This document shows, in pieces, positions 8,656 to 20,233 of a stretch of 64,000 bases of DNA. The translations under genes and the position numbers were made by a program. Every line of letters begins with the position of its first letter. Positions within the stretch are counted from its first letter, which is position 1. The DNA is taken from contig JBBQSO010000002.1 of NCBI GenBank assembly GCA_038213805.1, forward strand, positions 32,001 through 96,000, given 5' to 3'. The notes beneath the pieces were generated by a model. That model did not search any database and was not told where the DNA came from. It was given only the letters and a program-made list of their open reading frames with translations. The stretch comes from Planctomycetota bacterium (GTDB lineage: Bacteria > Planctomycetota > UBA11346).

Positions 8656-10289
8656 TCCTGCGCCTCCTGCTCTTCACTTGCGCCGCCATGACCAGCTCCG
8701 TTGCCACCAGCGCGGAAGCTCCCGGTCTCATCCCGCGCCCGGTGCACCTGACGCCCGGTGACGGCCCCACCATGCCGCTCACCGCGACCACCGCGCTGCA
8801 CGCGGCTGGCGCGGCAGCCGCGGTCGCGACCTGGCTGCGCGACGAACTGGCGCGCAGCGGTGCCGCCATCGCCGCACCGGACGCCGGCGACGGCCAGGAC
8901 GGCATCACCCTGCGCCTCGATCCCGGCTTGGCCGCGGTGGGACCGGATTGGGCCCAGGCGGAGACCTACCGACTGACCATCGACGCCGGACACGCCACGC
9001 TGACCGCGCGCGCGCCGGAAGGCCTGTTCCGCGGCGCAACCACGCTGGTCCAGCTCGCAGAGCAGACCGGCGCCGGCTGGCGCCTGCCGGCGCTCGCCAT
9101 CGACGACCAGCCGCGCTTCCGCTGGCGCGGGCTGATGCTCGACTGTGGCCGGCACTTCTTCACCGTGGCCGAGGTCGAGCGCTTCATCGACCTGCTCGCG
9201 CTGCACAAGCTCAACCGCTTCCATTGGCACCTCACCGAGGACCAGGGCTGGCGCATCGAGGTGAAGTCCGCGCCGCGCCTGACCAGCGTCGGCGCGTGGC
9301 GCGCATCGTCACCGGTGATGGGCGACGCGGGCAAGGCCGACGGCCAGCCCTACGGCGGCTTCTACACCCAGGACGACATCCGCCACGTGGTCGCGCACGC
9401 CGCCGCGCGCTTCGTCACGGTGGTGCCCGAGCTGGAGATGCCCGGCCACGGCTGCGCCGCCATCGCCGCCTACCCCGAGCTGGGCAACCGCGACGTCCCC
9501 GGCTGGCAGGATCCGCAGGTCGGCACGCACTGGGGCGTGTTCCACCACACCTTGGCTCCGCGCGAGGAGACCTTCGCCTTCATCGCCAAGGTCTTCGATG
9601 AGATCCTGCCGCTGTTCCCCGGCGCCTACGTGCACATCGGCGGCGACGAGGCGCCCAAGGACGAGTGGCAGCACTCGCCCTTCGCCCAACAGGTCATCGC
9701 CGAACACGACCTGAAGGACGCGCACGGCCTGCAGGCGTGGTTCATCAAGCGTGTCGAGGGCCTGCTCACCGCGCGCGGCAAGCGCCTGATCGGCTGGGAT
9801 GAGATCCAGGAGGGCGGCCTGTCCCCGACCGCGACCATGATGGTGTGGCGCGACTGGAAGTGGGCGAAGCTCGCGCTGGCGGCCGGCAACGCGGTGGTGA
9901 TGGCGCCGACCAGCCACACCTACTTCGACTACGCCCAGAGCGGCACGCCGCGCGCGCTGGACACCCAGCGCGTCTTCACCCTCGAACCGGTCCCCGACGG
10001 CACTCCCGCGACTCAGGTCGCGCAGGTGCTCGGCGCGCAGGGCCAGGTGTGGACCGAATCCATCGGATCGGCGGACAAGGTCGAGTACATGACGTGGCCG
10101 CGCGCCTGCGCCCTCGCCGAAGTCTGCTGGTCGCCGGCGGAGGGGCGCGATTGGACGGACTTCCAGGCGCGCCTGACGCGGCATCTGGCGCTCCTCGACC
10201 GTGATCAGGTCAACTACCGCAAGGACGATGGCGCGCCGGCGCGCTCCAGCGAGGCGATGGCGGCCACCCCGCATCCGCCGCTGCCATGA
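8652..10289 (+). CDS. Beta-N-acetylhexosaminidase (GH20), signal peptide
   Basis: PRFRWRGLMLDCGRHF, FHWHLTEDQGWR, EMPGH, HIGGDE catalytic pair, YFDY, WTE and PR motifs. Confidence 0.95.
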   Translation: MILRLLLFTCAAMTSSVATSAEAPGLIPRPVHLTPGDGPTMPLTATTALHAAGAAAAVATWLRDELARSGAAIAAPDAGDGQDGITLRLDPGLAAVGPDWAQAETYRLTIDAGHATLTARAPEGLFRGATTLVQLAEQTGAGWRLPALAIDDQPRFRWRGLMLDCGRHFFTVAEVERFIDLLALHKLNRFHWHLTEDQGWRIEVKSAPRLTSVGAWRASSPVMGDAGKADGQPYGGFYTQDDIRHVVAHAAARFVTVVPELEMPGHGCAAIAAYPELGNRDVPGWQDPQVGTHWGVFHHTLAPREETFAFIAKVFDEILPLFPGAYVHIGGDEAPKDEWQHSPFAQQVIAEHDLKDAHGLQAWFIKRVEGLLTARGKRLIGWDEIQEGGLSPTATMMVWRDWKWAKLALAAGNAVVMAPTSHTYFDYAQSGTPRALDTQRVFTLEPVPDGTPATQVAQVLGAQGQVWTESIGSADKVEYMTWPRACALAEVCWSPAEGRDWTDFQARLTRHLALLDRDQVNYRKDDGAPARSSEAMAATPHPPLP

Positions 10290-11902
10290 CGCCCGCCCGC
10301 TACCGCGTCCTGCTTTTGACCATGGCTGGCCTGGGCGGCGCGCTCTACGGCTACGACCTCGGCATCATCGGTGCCGCGCTGCTCTATCTCGACCGCAGCA
10401 TCGCGCTCAGCGACCAGCAGACCTCGCTGATCGTCGCGGCGGTGCTCGCCGGGGGCACGGTGTCGTCGGTGGCCGCCGGCGTCCTCGCCGACCTGTTCGG
10501 GCGGCGCACCATCGCCGTGCTCAGCGCGCTGCTGTTCCTGGTCAGCGTCGCGCTGATCAGCACCGCCAGCGGCTTCCTGCCGCTGCTCGGTGGCCGCCTG
10601 CTGCAGGGGCTGTCCGCCGGCATGATCGCGGTGGTCATCCCGCTCTACCTCGCCGAGTGCCTGCCGGCCGCGGTGCGCGGGCGCGGCACCGCCGCCTTCC
10701 AGCTCGCCCTGACCGTCGGCATCATGGCGGCGATGGCGGTCGGCCACGGCTTCGCCACGCACGTCGCCGCGGTCGAGCGCCTCGGCGACGCCGCGGCGCT
10801 GGCCGCGACGCGCGATCACGCCTGGCGGCTGATGTTCGCCACCGCGGCGCTGCCCGGTCTGCTGTTCCTGGCCGGCGCGATGCTCATCGCCGAGTCGCCG
10901 CGCTGGCTGCAGCGCCGCGGGCGCGGCGCTGCAGCGCGCGCCGCGCTCGCACGCGCCCTGCCAAGCGACGAAGCCGACGCCGAATTCGCGCGCATGGCCG
11001 CGGATGCGCCCTCGGCAGCCGCGCCGCAGGGCACGCTGTGGCAGCGCCGCTACCTGCTGCCCTTCGCACTGGCCTGCGCCATCCTCGCGCTCAACCAGGC
11101 GACCGGCATCAACTCGCTGCTGCAGTACGTGGTGGTGATCATGACCCAGGCCGGTCTGGGCGAGGCCGACGCCGCCGGCGCCGGCCTGGCGGTGAGCGTG
11201 GTCAATGTGCTGTTCACGGTGGTCGCGCTGGTGCTGGTCGATCGCAAGGGCCGCACCTTCCTGCTCAAGCTCGGCACCGCCGGCATCGTCGTCGCGCTGC
11301 TGCTGTGCGCCTTCGTCTTCAACCGCTTCGAATCCGCGGCCACCGACGTGACTGAACGCGTGCGCGCCCAGGTCGGCGTGACCGGCCTGCGTCTGCCCGT
11401 CGCGGCGGTGGACGGCGTGGCGACGCGCCTGACCGTGGTCTACGACGCCGGCGGCGGCGCCCGGCTGGCCAGCGTCGGTTCGGACGCAGCCGATCCGGTG
11501 CTGGTGCTGGCGGCGCCCAAGGACGCCGCGCTGACCATCATCCGCGCGCGCAGCGGCCCACAGCCCGGGACCGCGACCGGCTGGACGGCGATGGGCTGCC
11601 TGATGCTGTTCGTCGCCGCCTTCGCGGTCGGCCCCGGCGTCTGCGTGTGGCTGGCGCTCTCGGAGCTGATGCCCAACCGCATCCGCGCAACCGGCATGGG
11701 CATCGCGCTGCTGCTCAACCAGGGCGTCGCCACCGGTATCGCCGCAGTGTTCCTGCCGGTCGTCGGCGCCTATGGCTACGCCGCGATGTTCCTGGCCTGG
11801 GCCGCCGCCACGGTGGTCTACTTCCTGCTCGCCGCCTTCGTCCTGCCCGAGACCAAGGGCCGCCCGCTTGAGGACATCGAGCGCGGCTTCGCCAAGCACT
11901 GA
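10286..11902 (+). CDS. Sugar porter family MFS transporter
   Basis: LYGYDLG, DLFGRR, ESPRWL, NQATGIN, VDRKGR and PETKG signatures. Confidence 0.93.
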   Translation: MTPARYRVLLLTMAGLGGALYGYDLGIIGAALLYLDRSIALSDQQTSLIVAAVLAGGTVSSVAAGVLADLFGRRTIAVLSALLFLVSVALISTASGFLPLLGGRLLQGLSAGMIAVVIPLYLAECLPAAVRGRGTAAFQLALTVGIMAAMAVGHGFATHVAAVERLGDAAALAATRDHAWRLMFATAALPGLLFLAGAMLIAESPRWLQRRGRGAAARAALARALPSDEADAEFARMAADAPSAAAPQGTLWQRRYLLPFALACAILALNQATGINSLLQYVVVIMTQAGLGEADAAGAGLAVSVVNVLFTVVALVLVDRKGRTFLLKLGTAGIVVALLLCAFVFNRFESAATDVTERVRAQVGVTGLRLPVAAVDGVATRLTVVYDAGGGARLASVGSDAADPVLVLAAPKDAALTIIRARSGPQPGTATGWTAMGCLMLFVAAFAVGPGVCVWLALSELMPNRIRATGMGIALLLNQGVATGIAAVFLPVVGAYGYAAMFLAWAAATVVYFLLAAFVLPETKGRPLEDIERGFAKH

Positions 11903-11923
11903 CCAGCCCCCGGAGACCGATCC

Positions 11924-13381
11924 ATGCAACCCACCCGCCGCGACCTGCTCAAGACCTCGACCCTCGCCGGGCTCGGCGCGTCCATCATGGCGGCGACCGG
12001 CTGCGGCACGGCCGGGGCCGGAGTGCGCGCCCCCGCCGACACCGCGACCACGACCGCGGGCGGCATCGTGCTGCCGGCGGGGCTGGGTGCGACGCGGCCG
12101 CGGCCCGCAGGGCAGCAGCCGGTGCACGCGCTGACCACCAAGCCGCTCGACAAGGTGCGCATCGCCGCGATCGGCTGCGGCGGCCGCGGCTCAAGCCTGA
12201 TGCAGGACTGCCTGGGCATCGAGTTCGCCGAACTGGTCGCGGTCTGCGATCTGCGCCTGGAGCGCGCCACGGCCATGGCCGAGCGCGTCGCCAAGGCCGG
12301 GCGCCCGAAACCCGCGGTGATCGGCGGCAGCGAGGACGCCTGGGAGGCGCTGTGCGCGCGCGACGACATCGACGTCATCTACATCGCCACGCCATGGCAC
12401 TGGCACGCGCCGATGGCCCTGCGCGCCATGGAGCATGGCAAGCACGCCTTCGTCGAGGTCGCAGCGACGGTCACCGTCGCGGACTGCTGGCGCCTGGTCG
12501 ACGCCAGCGAGCGCAACCAGCGCCACTGCGTGATGCTTGAAAACTGCTGCTATGGCGAGAACGAGTTGTTCGTGCTCAACCTGGTGCGCCAGGGCGTGCT
12601 TGGCGAGCTCAATCACGCCGAGTGCGGCTACATCCACGATCTGCGCGGACTGCTCTTCGACCTCGGCGGCGAAGGCGGCTGGCGACGCGAGTTCCACCGC
12701 GAATACGACGGCAACCTCTACCCGACCCACGGCCTGGGGCCGGTGGCGCAGTACCTGGGCATCAACCGCGGCGACCGCTTCGCGCACCTGGTCTCGATGT
12801 CCTCGCCGCAGCGCGGCCTGGGCGCGTGGCGCGCTGCCCACCACCCCAACGGTGGTCAGCAGGACGGCGAGACCTACGTGTGCGGCGACATGAACACCAC
12901 GATGGTCAAGACCGCGCTCGGCCGCACCATCATGGTGCAGCACGACGTGATCAGCCCGCGGCCCTACAGCCGCATCAACGCCTTGTCGGGCACCGGCGGG
13001 ACCTTCTTCGACTACCCGGCGCGCCTGGCCCTCAATGATCCCAAGGCGCACGGGCTGGCATCCGAAGGCTCGCACGCCTGGCTGTCCGACCAGGACCTGG
13101 CGACGATGCGCGCGAAATACACCCACCCGCTGTGGCGCCGGCTGCAGGACCGTGCGAAAGACAGTGGCCACGGCGGCATGGACTTCGTGATGAACTGGCG
13201 CCACCTCGACTGCATCCGCAGCGGCCAGACCCCCGACAGCGTGGTCTACGATGCAGCAGCGTGGAGCAGCCTGATCGAATTGACATCGTGGTCGGTGGCG
13301 AACGGCAGCATGCCCATCACGGTCCCCGATTTCACACGCGGGCTGTGGCAGGGGCTGCAGCCGTTGGGGATCGTGGTGTGA
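11924..13381 (+). CDS. Gfo/Idh/MocA oxidoreductase, probable GH109 NAD-dependent alpha-N-acetylgalactosaminidase; Tat/lipoprotein signal
   Basis: TRRDLLK Tat motif, ATGC lipobox-like, IGCGGRG, ATPWHWH, MLENCCY, YPTHGLGPVAQ and GHGGMD. Confidence 0.88.
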   Translation: MQPTRRDLLKTSTLAGLGASIMAATGCGTAGAGVRAPADTATTTAGGIVLPAGLGATRPRPAGQQPVHALTTKPLDKVRIAAIGCGGRGSSLMQDCLGIEFAELVAVCDLRLERATAMAERVAKAGRPKPAVIGGSEDAWEALCARDDIDVIYIATPWHWHAPMALRAMEHGKHAFVEVAATVTVADCWRLVDASERNQRHCVMLENCCYGENELFVLNLVRQGVLGELNHAECGYIHDLRGLLFDLGGEGGWRREFHREYDGNLYPTHGLGPVAQYLGINRGDRFAHLVSMSSPQRGLGAWRAAHHPNGGQQDGETYVCGDMNTTMVKTALGRTIMVQHDVISPRPYSRINALSGTGGTFFDYPARLALNDPKAHGLASEGSHAWLSDQDLATMRAKYTHPLWRRLQDRAKDSGHGGMDFVMNWRHLDCIRSGQTPDSVVYDAAAWSSLIELTSWSVANGSMPITVPDFTRGLWQGLQPLGIVV

Positions 13382-13391
13382 GGGAAATGCG

Positions 13392-13461
13392 TGGCTGATG
13401 GCTGATGGCTGATGGCTGATGGCTGATGGCTGATGGCTGATGGCTGATGGCTGATGGCTGA
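13392..13461. repeat. Perfect heptamer tandem repeat (TGGCTGA)x10
   Basis: Counted directly; followed by CAGCCA, complementary to TGGCTG; lies between convergent genes. Confidence 0.97.
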
Positions 13462-13584
13462 CAGCCAACCGAACGCTGCGGTCACCGTTGGCACGGCGGC
13501 AGAAAACAGTGCACGAGCACTGCGTGCGCAGGCTTGATGTGACACCTGGGCGCGTGGTCGACGACGTCGGACGTCGGACCGCTC

Positions 13585-13983
13585 TCAGGCGACGGGATTG
13601 GCTTCGCTGACCGACTGCGCCTTCTTGATCAGCACCGAGATCGCGGTGAGGATCTGGTCCTTCGAGTACGGCTTGGCCAGGTAGTCGCTGCAGCCGACGG
13701 CGCGGCACTTCTCGTCTTCGCCCTTCATGGCGTTGGCGGTCAGCGCGATCACCGGCAGGCCCTTGAGTTTGGGATTGGCGCGGATCGCCTTGGTGGCGTC
13801 GTAGCCGTTCATCACCGGCATCATCATGTCCATGAGCACCAGCTTGAAGTGCGCGCGGTCGAGGCGTTCCAGAGCGATGGCGCCGTTGTCCGCGACCTCA
13901 TAGGTATAGCCGGCCCGTTGCAGCAGAAACGCGATCAGTTTCTGGTTCACCGGATTGTCTTCGACGATGAGGATATCGGGCAT
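13585..13983 (-). CDS. Single-domain response regulator (CheY/DivK-like)
   Basis: ILIVEDN, LMDMMMPVMNG, ALTANA and YLAKP; GGAG SD upstream of ATG 13983. Confidence 0.92.
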   Translation of the reverse strand: MPDILIVEDNPVNQKLIAFLLQRAGYTYEVADNGAIALERLDRAHFKLVLMDMMMPVMNGYDATKAIRANPKLKGLPVIALTANAMKGEDEKCRAVGCSDYLAKPYSKDQILTAISVLIKKAQSVSEANPVA

Positions 13984-14075
13984 GTGGCCCACTCCGGAGG
14001 ATGGTCCTGGAAGCATACCAGGAAACGGCTTGCGAAGCAATGTCACGATCATGGCCCGGTCCGGCCACGCAACGC

Positions 14076-15164
14076 CTAACCACCAAGGGAGGGCCCGGGC
14101 GCGAAGGGCGCAAGCCCATGGCTGCTTTGCCGGCCGGTGATCAGACCAGTCACGATTTCCGCGGTAACCGGCGTCAGCAGCACACCGTTACGGAAATGTC
14201 CGGTGGCCAGGACCAGGCCCGGCCGGACGCGGCCAAGGGCGGGCAGCCCACTGGCCAGGCGCGGGCGCAGACCGGTCCACCGCTCGAGAATCGCGGCCCC
14301 GGCCAACGCAGGCAGCAGGCGTCGGGCCCCCGCCGCCAGGGCCTCAATCGCCGCCGGGTCATCGCGGCGGTCGAAGCCGGCGCTGACCATGGTCGCCCCC
14401 ACCACCACGCCCTGGCCACGGCGCGGCACCAGGTAGGCGTGATGGCTGTGCACGAAGTGGCGCAGCAGGTCATCCGGGGCCTCCAGGCGCAGCATCTGGC
14501 CTTTCACCGGTTCACCCGGCAGGTCGAGTCCGGTCAGGCGCGCCAGTTCCGGAGTCCACGCGCCGCTGGCCAGTACCAGCTCATCCGCCGCCAGCCGGGT
14601 GCCGTCGCCAATCACCACCCGGCCCGGCTCCAGCCCGGCCACCGCGCAGCCGTAGCGCACCGCCACCCCGGCCGCGGCGCAGGCCCGCACCAGGGCGGCA
14701 GTGACCAGCCGCGGATTGACCTGGGCGGCGGGCAGCAGCAGCGCGGCGTCCGCGGCCAAGGCCGGCTCGCAGCTGGCCAGGGCGGCCCGGTCGAGCCACC
14801 CGACCGCGACGCCCTGGTCCGCAAGGAACGCTGCGCGCGCCTCTGCCGCGGCCACGTCGGCCGGCCCGCACAGCGGCAGCAGCCCGCCATCAGCGCGGAA
14901 ATCGAGCGCCGCCGGATCACCCTCCGTCAGTGCGCGCGCGAAGCCATCCCACAGCGCCAAGCTGCCCACGCCCAGGCGCCACAACGGTCCGGCGGCGTCG
15001 GCCTCGTGGTGCGGCGCGAGCATGCCGGCGGCCGCCCAGCTCGCCTCGCGCGCCTCAGGCGCGGCGTCCAGCACCTGTACCGCGCAGCCCGCCTGCGCCA
15101 GCCGCCACGCGCAGGCCAGTCCGATGACGCCGCCACCGACGATGATGACGCGCGCGCCGCTCAC
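14076..15164 (-). CDS. thiO: Glycine oxidase ThiO / FAD-dependent oxidoreductase
   Basis: IVGGGVIG, ASWAAAGML, PVKGQM, YLVPR, GLRP and GHFRNGVLLTP; GTG start overlaps the mlaE stop. Confidence 0.85.
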   Translation of the reverse strand: MSGARVIIVGGGVIGLACAWRLAQAGCAVQVLDAAPEAREASWAAAGMLAPHHEADAAGPLWRLGVGSLALWDGFARALTEGDPAALDFRADGGLLPLCGPADVAAAEARAAFLADQGVAVGWLDRAALASCEPALAADAALLLPAAQVNPRLVTAALVRACAAAGVAVRYGCAVAGLEPGRVVIGDGTRLAADELVLASGAWTPELARLTGLDLPGEPVKGQMLRLEAPDDLLRHFVHSHHAYLVPRRGQGVVVGATMVSAGFDRRDDPAAIEALAAGARRLLPALAGAAILERWTGLRPRLASGLPALGRVRPGLVLATGHFRNGVLLTPVTAEIVTGLITGRQSSHGLAPFAPGPSLGG

Positions 15165-16003
15165 TGATCGTTCAGAAGGTGCCAGAGCTTGTTGGTGAGC
15201 AGCGTCATCACGAAGTTCGCGATCATCACCAGCACGCTCGCCTGGACCACGCCGCGCGTGCACGCCTCGCCCACGCCGGTGGCGCCGCCGTGGGTCATCA
15301 GCCCGCGCCGGGAGGCGACGATCGCGATGATCGCGCCGAACACGAAGGTCTTGGCCAGACCGGTGGTGACGTCCCAGGTCTTCATGTACTTGGCGGTGTT
15401 GAACCAGTACGCGCCGCCATCGGTCTGCCACACGTCGACGACCAGGAAGGCGGCGGCATAGACGCCGACCGCGCCGGCGATCGCCGACAGCACCGGCATC
15501 AGGCACACGCAGGCCAGAAAACGCGGCGCCACCAGATACGCGACCGGATCGGTGCCCATCACGCGCAGCGCGTCGAGCTGCTCGGTGACCTTCATGGTGC
15601 CGATCTCGGCCGCCATGTTCGAGCCCACCCGGCCGGCGACCATCAGCGCGGTGAACACCGGGGCGAGCTGGCTGGTCAGCGAATAGTTGACCATCGGCCC
15701 CGACATCACCTCGGCGTTGAACTTGACCAGCGTGGCGTAGCTCTGCACGCCCATCACCAGGCCGATCGACGCACCGCTGATCACCACCACCGGCAGGCTG
15801 AGGAAGCCGATGTGATAGAGCTGGGTGACGATCACTTCGCGGCGCTGGCGATCCTTGAACAGCGCGCGCAGCGCAGCCCAGGTGAGGCTGCCAAGCTGGC
15901 CGGTGGCGGTCAGGCCCTCGACGGTCAGGCGTCCGACCAGTGCGGTCGCACCCTTGGCGGTGCGCGCCGGGCGGATGTAGGTGAACGGGTTCAGCAGCGG
16001 CAC
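15161..16003 (-). CDS. mlaE: MlaE-family ABC transporter permease
   Basis: IGFLSLPVV, AGRVGSNMAAEIGTMKVTEQLDALRVMG, LVAPR and GGATGVG. Confidence 0.9.
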   Translation of the reverse strand: MPLLNPFTYIRPARTAKGATALVGRLTVEGLTATGQLGSLTWAALRALFKDRQRREVIVTQLYHIGFLSLPVVVISGASIGLVMGVQSYATLVKFNAEVMSGPMVNYSLTSQLAPVFTALMVAGRVGSNMAAEIGTMKVTEQLDALRVMGTDPVAYLVAPRFLACVCLMPVLSAIAGAVGVYAAAFLVVDVWQTDGGAYWFNTAKYMKTWDVTTGLAKTFVFGAIIAIVASRRGLMTHGGATGVGEACTRGVVQASVLVMIANFVMTLLTNKLWHLLNDQ

Positions 16004-16106
16004 GCCCGGGTTGTAGACCCGGCCGGGCGCGAGTCCATGAACCCCGGCCAGGCCATGAGCGGGATTGCACGCTTGTGGAGGACCCCGCGCCGCGCTAAGC
16101 CCCGCC

Positions 16107-16550
16107 ATGGCGCGTCGCGCACTCCGCCTTTGGCTGATCGACGACAGTTCCGAACCGCACGCGGTCGCCGCCGAGACCGCGGCGCGCCTGGGCGGCATCG
16201 AGCTCAGCCACTTCCACTCCGGCAGCGAGGCGGTCGAGGCCTTCGCCGGGCTGGCCGCGCAGACCCCCGGCGACCTGCCCGAGGTCGTGCTGATGGATTT
16301 CTACCTCGGGGTCAGCGAGCGCGGCGACCGCATCACCGCCGAGCTGCGCCGGCTGGAGCCGCCGGGCGCCGCGGTCACCATCGTCGGCTACAGCAGCGTG
16401 CTGTCCGGCAGCCAAAGCATCCTCGCCGCCGGTGGCGATGCGATCGTGCCCAAGCAGCGCACGCCGGACGGCGTCAATCCGAGTCTGAGCCGCTTCCTGC
16501 GCGACTGGCGGCAGGTGCGGCGCGGCGAGAGCACGGGCGCCGGCCACTAG
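16107..16550 (+). CDS. Divergent single-domain response regulator
   Basis: LIDD, VLMDFYLG, YSS and VPK receiver landmarks. Confidence 0.75.
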   Translation: MARRALRLWLIDDSSEPHAVAAETAARLGGIELSHFHSGSEAVEAFAGLAAQTPGDLPEVVLMDFYLGVSERGDRITAELRRLEPPGAAVTIVGYSSVLSGSQSILAAGGDAIVPKQRTPDGVNPSLSRFLRDWRQVRRGESTGAGH

Positions 16551-16916
16551 TCGCGATACGTCGCGCCCTCACCATGCATCGACTCTAGGAACTCCTCATC
16601 CACGAGCCGTCGCTGATAGCACCTTTTATGCTTCACTTTTCAGCGCCAAGATAGCGCTATGAACGTAAGAATTTCGAAACACTAGACCCCATCGACCACG
16701 CTTCTTCCGGTTTGCGTGGAAGACGGCGTAATTGGGTGTCGCCTCACACCCACCACGTGGCAGGATAGTAGCGCCAGTATTCTATTTGACTGTATTTCGT
16801 CGTGTGGATACAGCCTACAGACTCTCCCGCCCTGCCAATCAGGGTGCTTTTGCGCGTTCCGGATGCCGACCCTCCCACGGGTTAGCCGAAAATCCCGTGG
16901 TTGCCGAGGTAAGCCG

Positions 16917-17360
16917 ATGCATCGCAAGACCATACTGCTGGTCGAGGACAACCCTGACGACGAGCTCCTGACCAAGCGGGCGCTGACCAAGAACCAGATC
17001 GTGAACCGCCTGGTGGTCGCCCACGACGGCGTCGAGGCGCTCGATTACCTGTTTGGCACCGGCATCCACGCCGGGCGCGACCTCACCGACCAGCCCACGG
17101 TGGTGCTGCTGGACTTGAAGCTGCCACGCATCGACGGCCTCGAGGTGCTGCGCCGCGTGCGCGCCGACGAACGTACGCGCATGGTGCCGGTGGTGGTGCT
17201 GACCTCCTCCAAGGAGGACCAGGACCTGAAGCGCTGTTACGAGGAGGGCGCGAGCAGCTACGTACGCAAGCCCGTGGACTTCGACGAGTTCATCGAGGCC
17301 GTGCGCCAGCTCGGGATGTACTGGCTGGTGCTGAACGAATCCCCGGTCCAGGGCCTGTAA
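16917..17360 (+). CDS. Rcp1-type single-domain response regulator
   Basis: LLVEDNPDD, LLDLKLPRIDG, VLTSS and KPVDFDEF...LGMYWL C-terminus. Confidence 0.93.
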   Translation: MHRKTILLVEDNPDDELLTKRALTKNQIVNRLVVAHDGVEALDYLFGTGIHAGRDLTDQPTVVLLDLKLPRIDGLEVLRRVRADERTRMVPVVVLTSSKEDQDLKRCYEEGASSYVRKPVDFDEFIEAVRQLGMYWLVLNESPVQGL

Positions 17361-17364
17361 GGCG

Positions 17365-19278
<1,914 letters not shown>

Positions 19279-19292
19279 TGGCTTAGGCGGCT

Positions 19293-19488
19293 GACAGCCG
19301 ACAGCAGATAAAACAGGAGGGATGGAGACGCGGAGATCGGAGGAGGGAGCCTGGGGGCGGGGCCCAGCCATAGCTGGGATGTGGGGCGTGATCGACGCGG
19401 CTCGCGAACCTCGATCGTCCTAGCCTCCAGTGGTCCTCATCCGATCTCCGTGTCTCCATCCCTCCTGTTCTATCCGTTGTCGGCTGTC
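19293..19488. repeat. 54-bp inverted repeat between convergent genes
   Basis: Arms 19293-19346 and 19435-19488 with 5 mismatches; core GGAGACGCGGAGATCGGA shared with the element at 48671. Confidence 0.9.
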
Positions 19489-19513
19489 GCTGTCCGATGT
19501 CGTCCGGCCGCCC

Positions 19514-20104
19514 CTACCCCAACCACACCATCACCCCCGCCTGCGCCAGTCCGATCACAGCGCCCAGCAGCAAACCCCACCATTCGATGGCGCGGAATTC
19601 CCGGCTGGCGATGCGGTTGACCATGGTCTCGAGGCGGTCGAGGTCGAAGGCGGCGAGGTTGTCGCGCGCGATGCGGCCGACGTCGATGCGCTCGCGCGCC
19701 ACGGCCTTGAGCTTGGCGATGATCCCGGGCTGGGCGGCGACCAGCTCGGTGAGCACGCTCTCGCGGATGCCGGCGATGCGCTCGGGCGTGACCAGGCCGC
19801 CGATGAACGGCAGCTTGCGCAGGTCCTCGAGCTTCGCCGCGATGGCGCGGTCGAGCGGCTCGGCGAGGTGCGGCACCAGATCGATGCCGTCGAGCCCTTT
19901 GAGCAGATCGTCGGGCCGCACCAGTTCGTCACCAACCACCTGGCCGATGCTCTCCGCGAGCTGCTGCTGGCGGCGCGGCAGCAGGCCCTGCAGGCCGAGG
20001 CGCGGCGTGCGTGGGTGGAACAGCATCTTGATCGCGACCCAGTTGGTCACCCAGCCGATGCCCCCGCCCAGCACCGGCATCATCACCCATGGTACCCAGT
20101 TCAT
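19514..20104 (-). CDS. DUF445 family membrane protein
   Basis: IGWVTNWVAIKMLFHP...QGLLPRRQ at the N-terminus; REFRAIEWWGLLLGAVIGLAQ at the C-terminus. Confidence 0.88.
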   Translation of the reverse strand: MNWVPWVMMPVLGGGIGWVTNWVAIKMLFHPRTPRLGLQGLLPRRQQQLAESIGQVVGDELVRPDDLLKGLDGIDLVPHLAEPLDRAIAAKLEDLRKLPFIGGLVTPERIAGIRESVLTELVAAQPGIIAKLKAVARERIDVGRIARDNLAAFDLDRLETMVNRIASREFRAIEWWGLLLGAVIGLAQAGVMVWLG

Positions 20105-20233
20105 GCGCTGCTCCTGTTCCCGCCCAGAGATCTCGCGGGGCCGCCTTCATGGCCGGATCCGACGCCCGGTCAACGCCCGGCGCGCCAACGGGTTCCCCCT
20201 GGCGACCCCGTCTGACCCCCTAGGCTGTGGCCC

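Noticed and set aside
13246..13545. ORFs containing SAISHQP repeats
   Set aside because: Simply the translation of the non-coding (TGGCTGA)n array.
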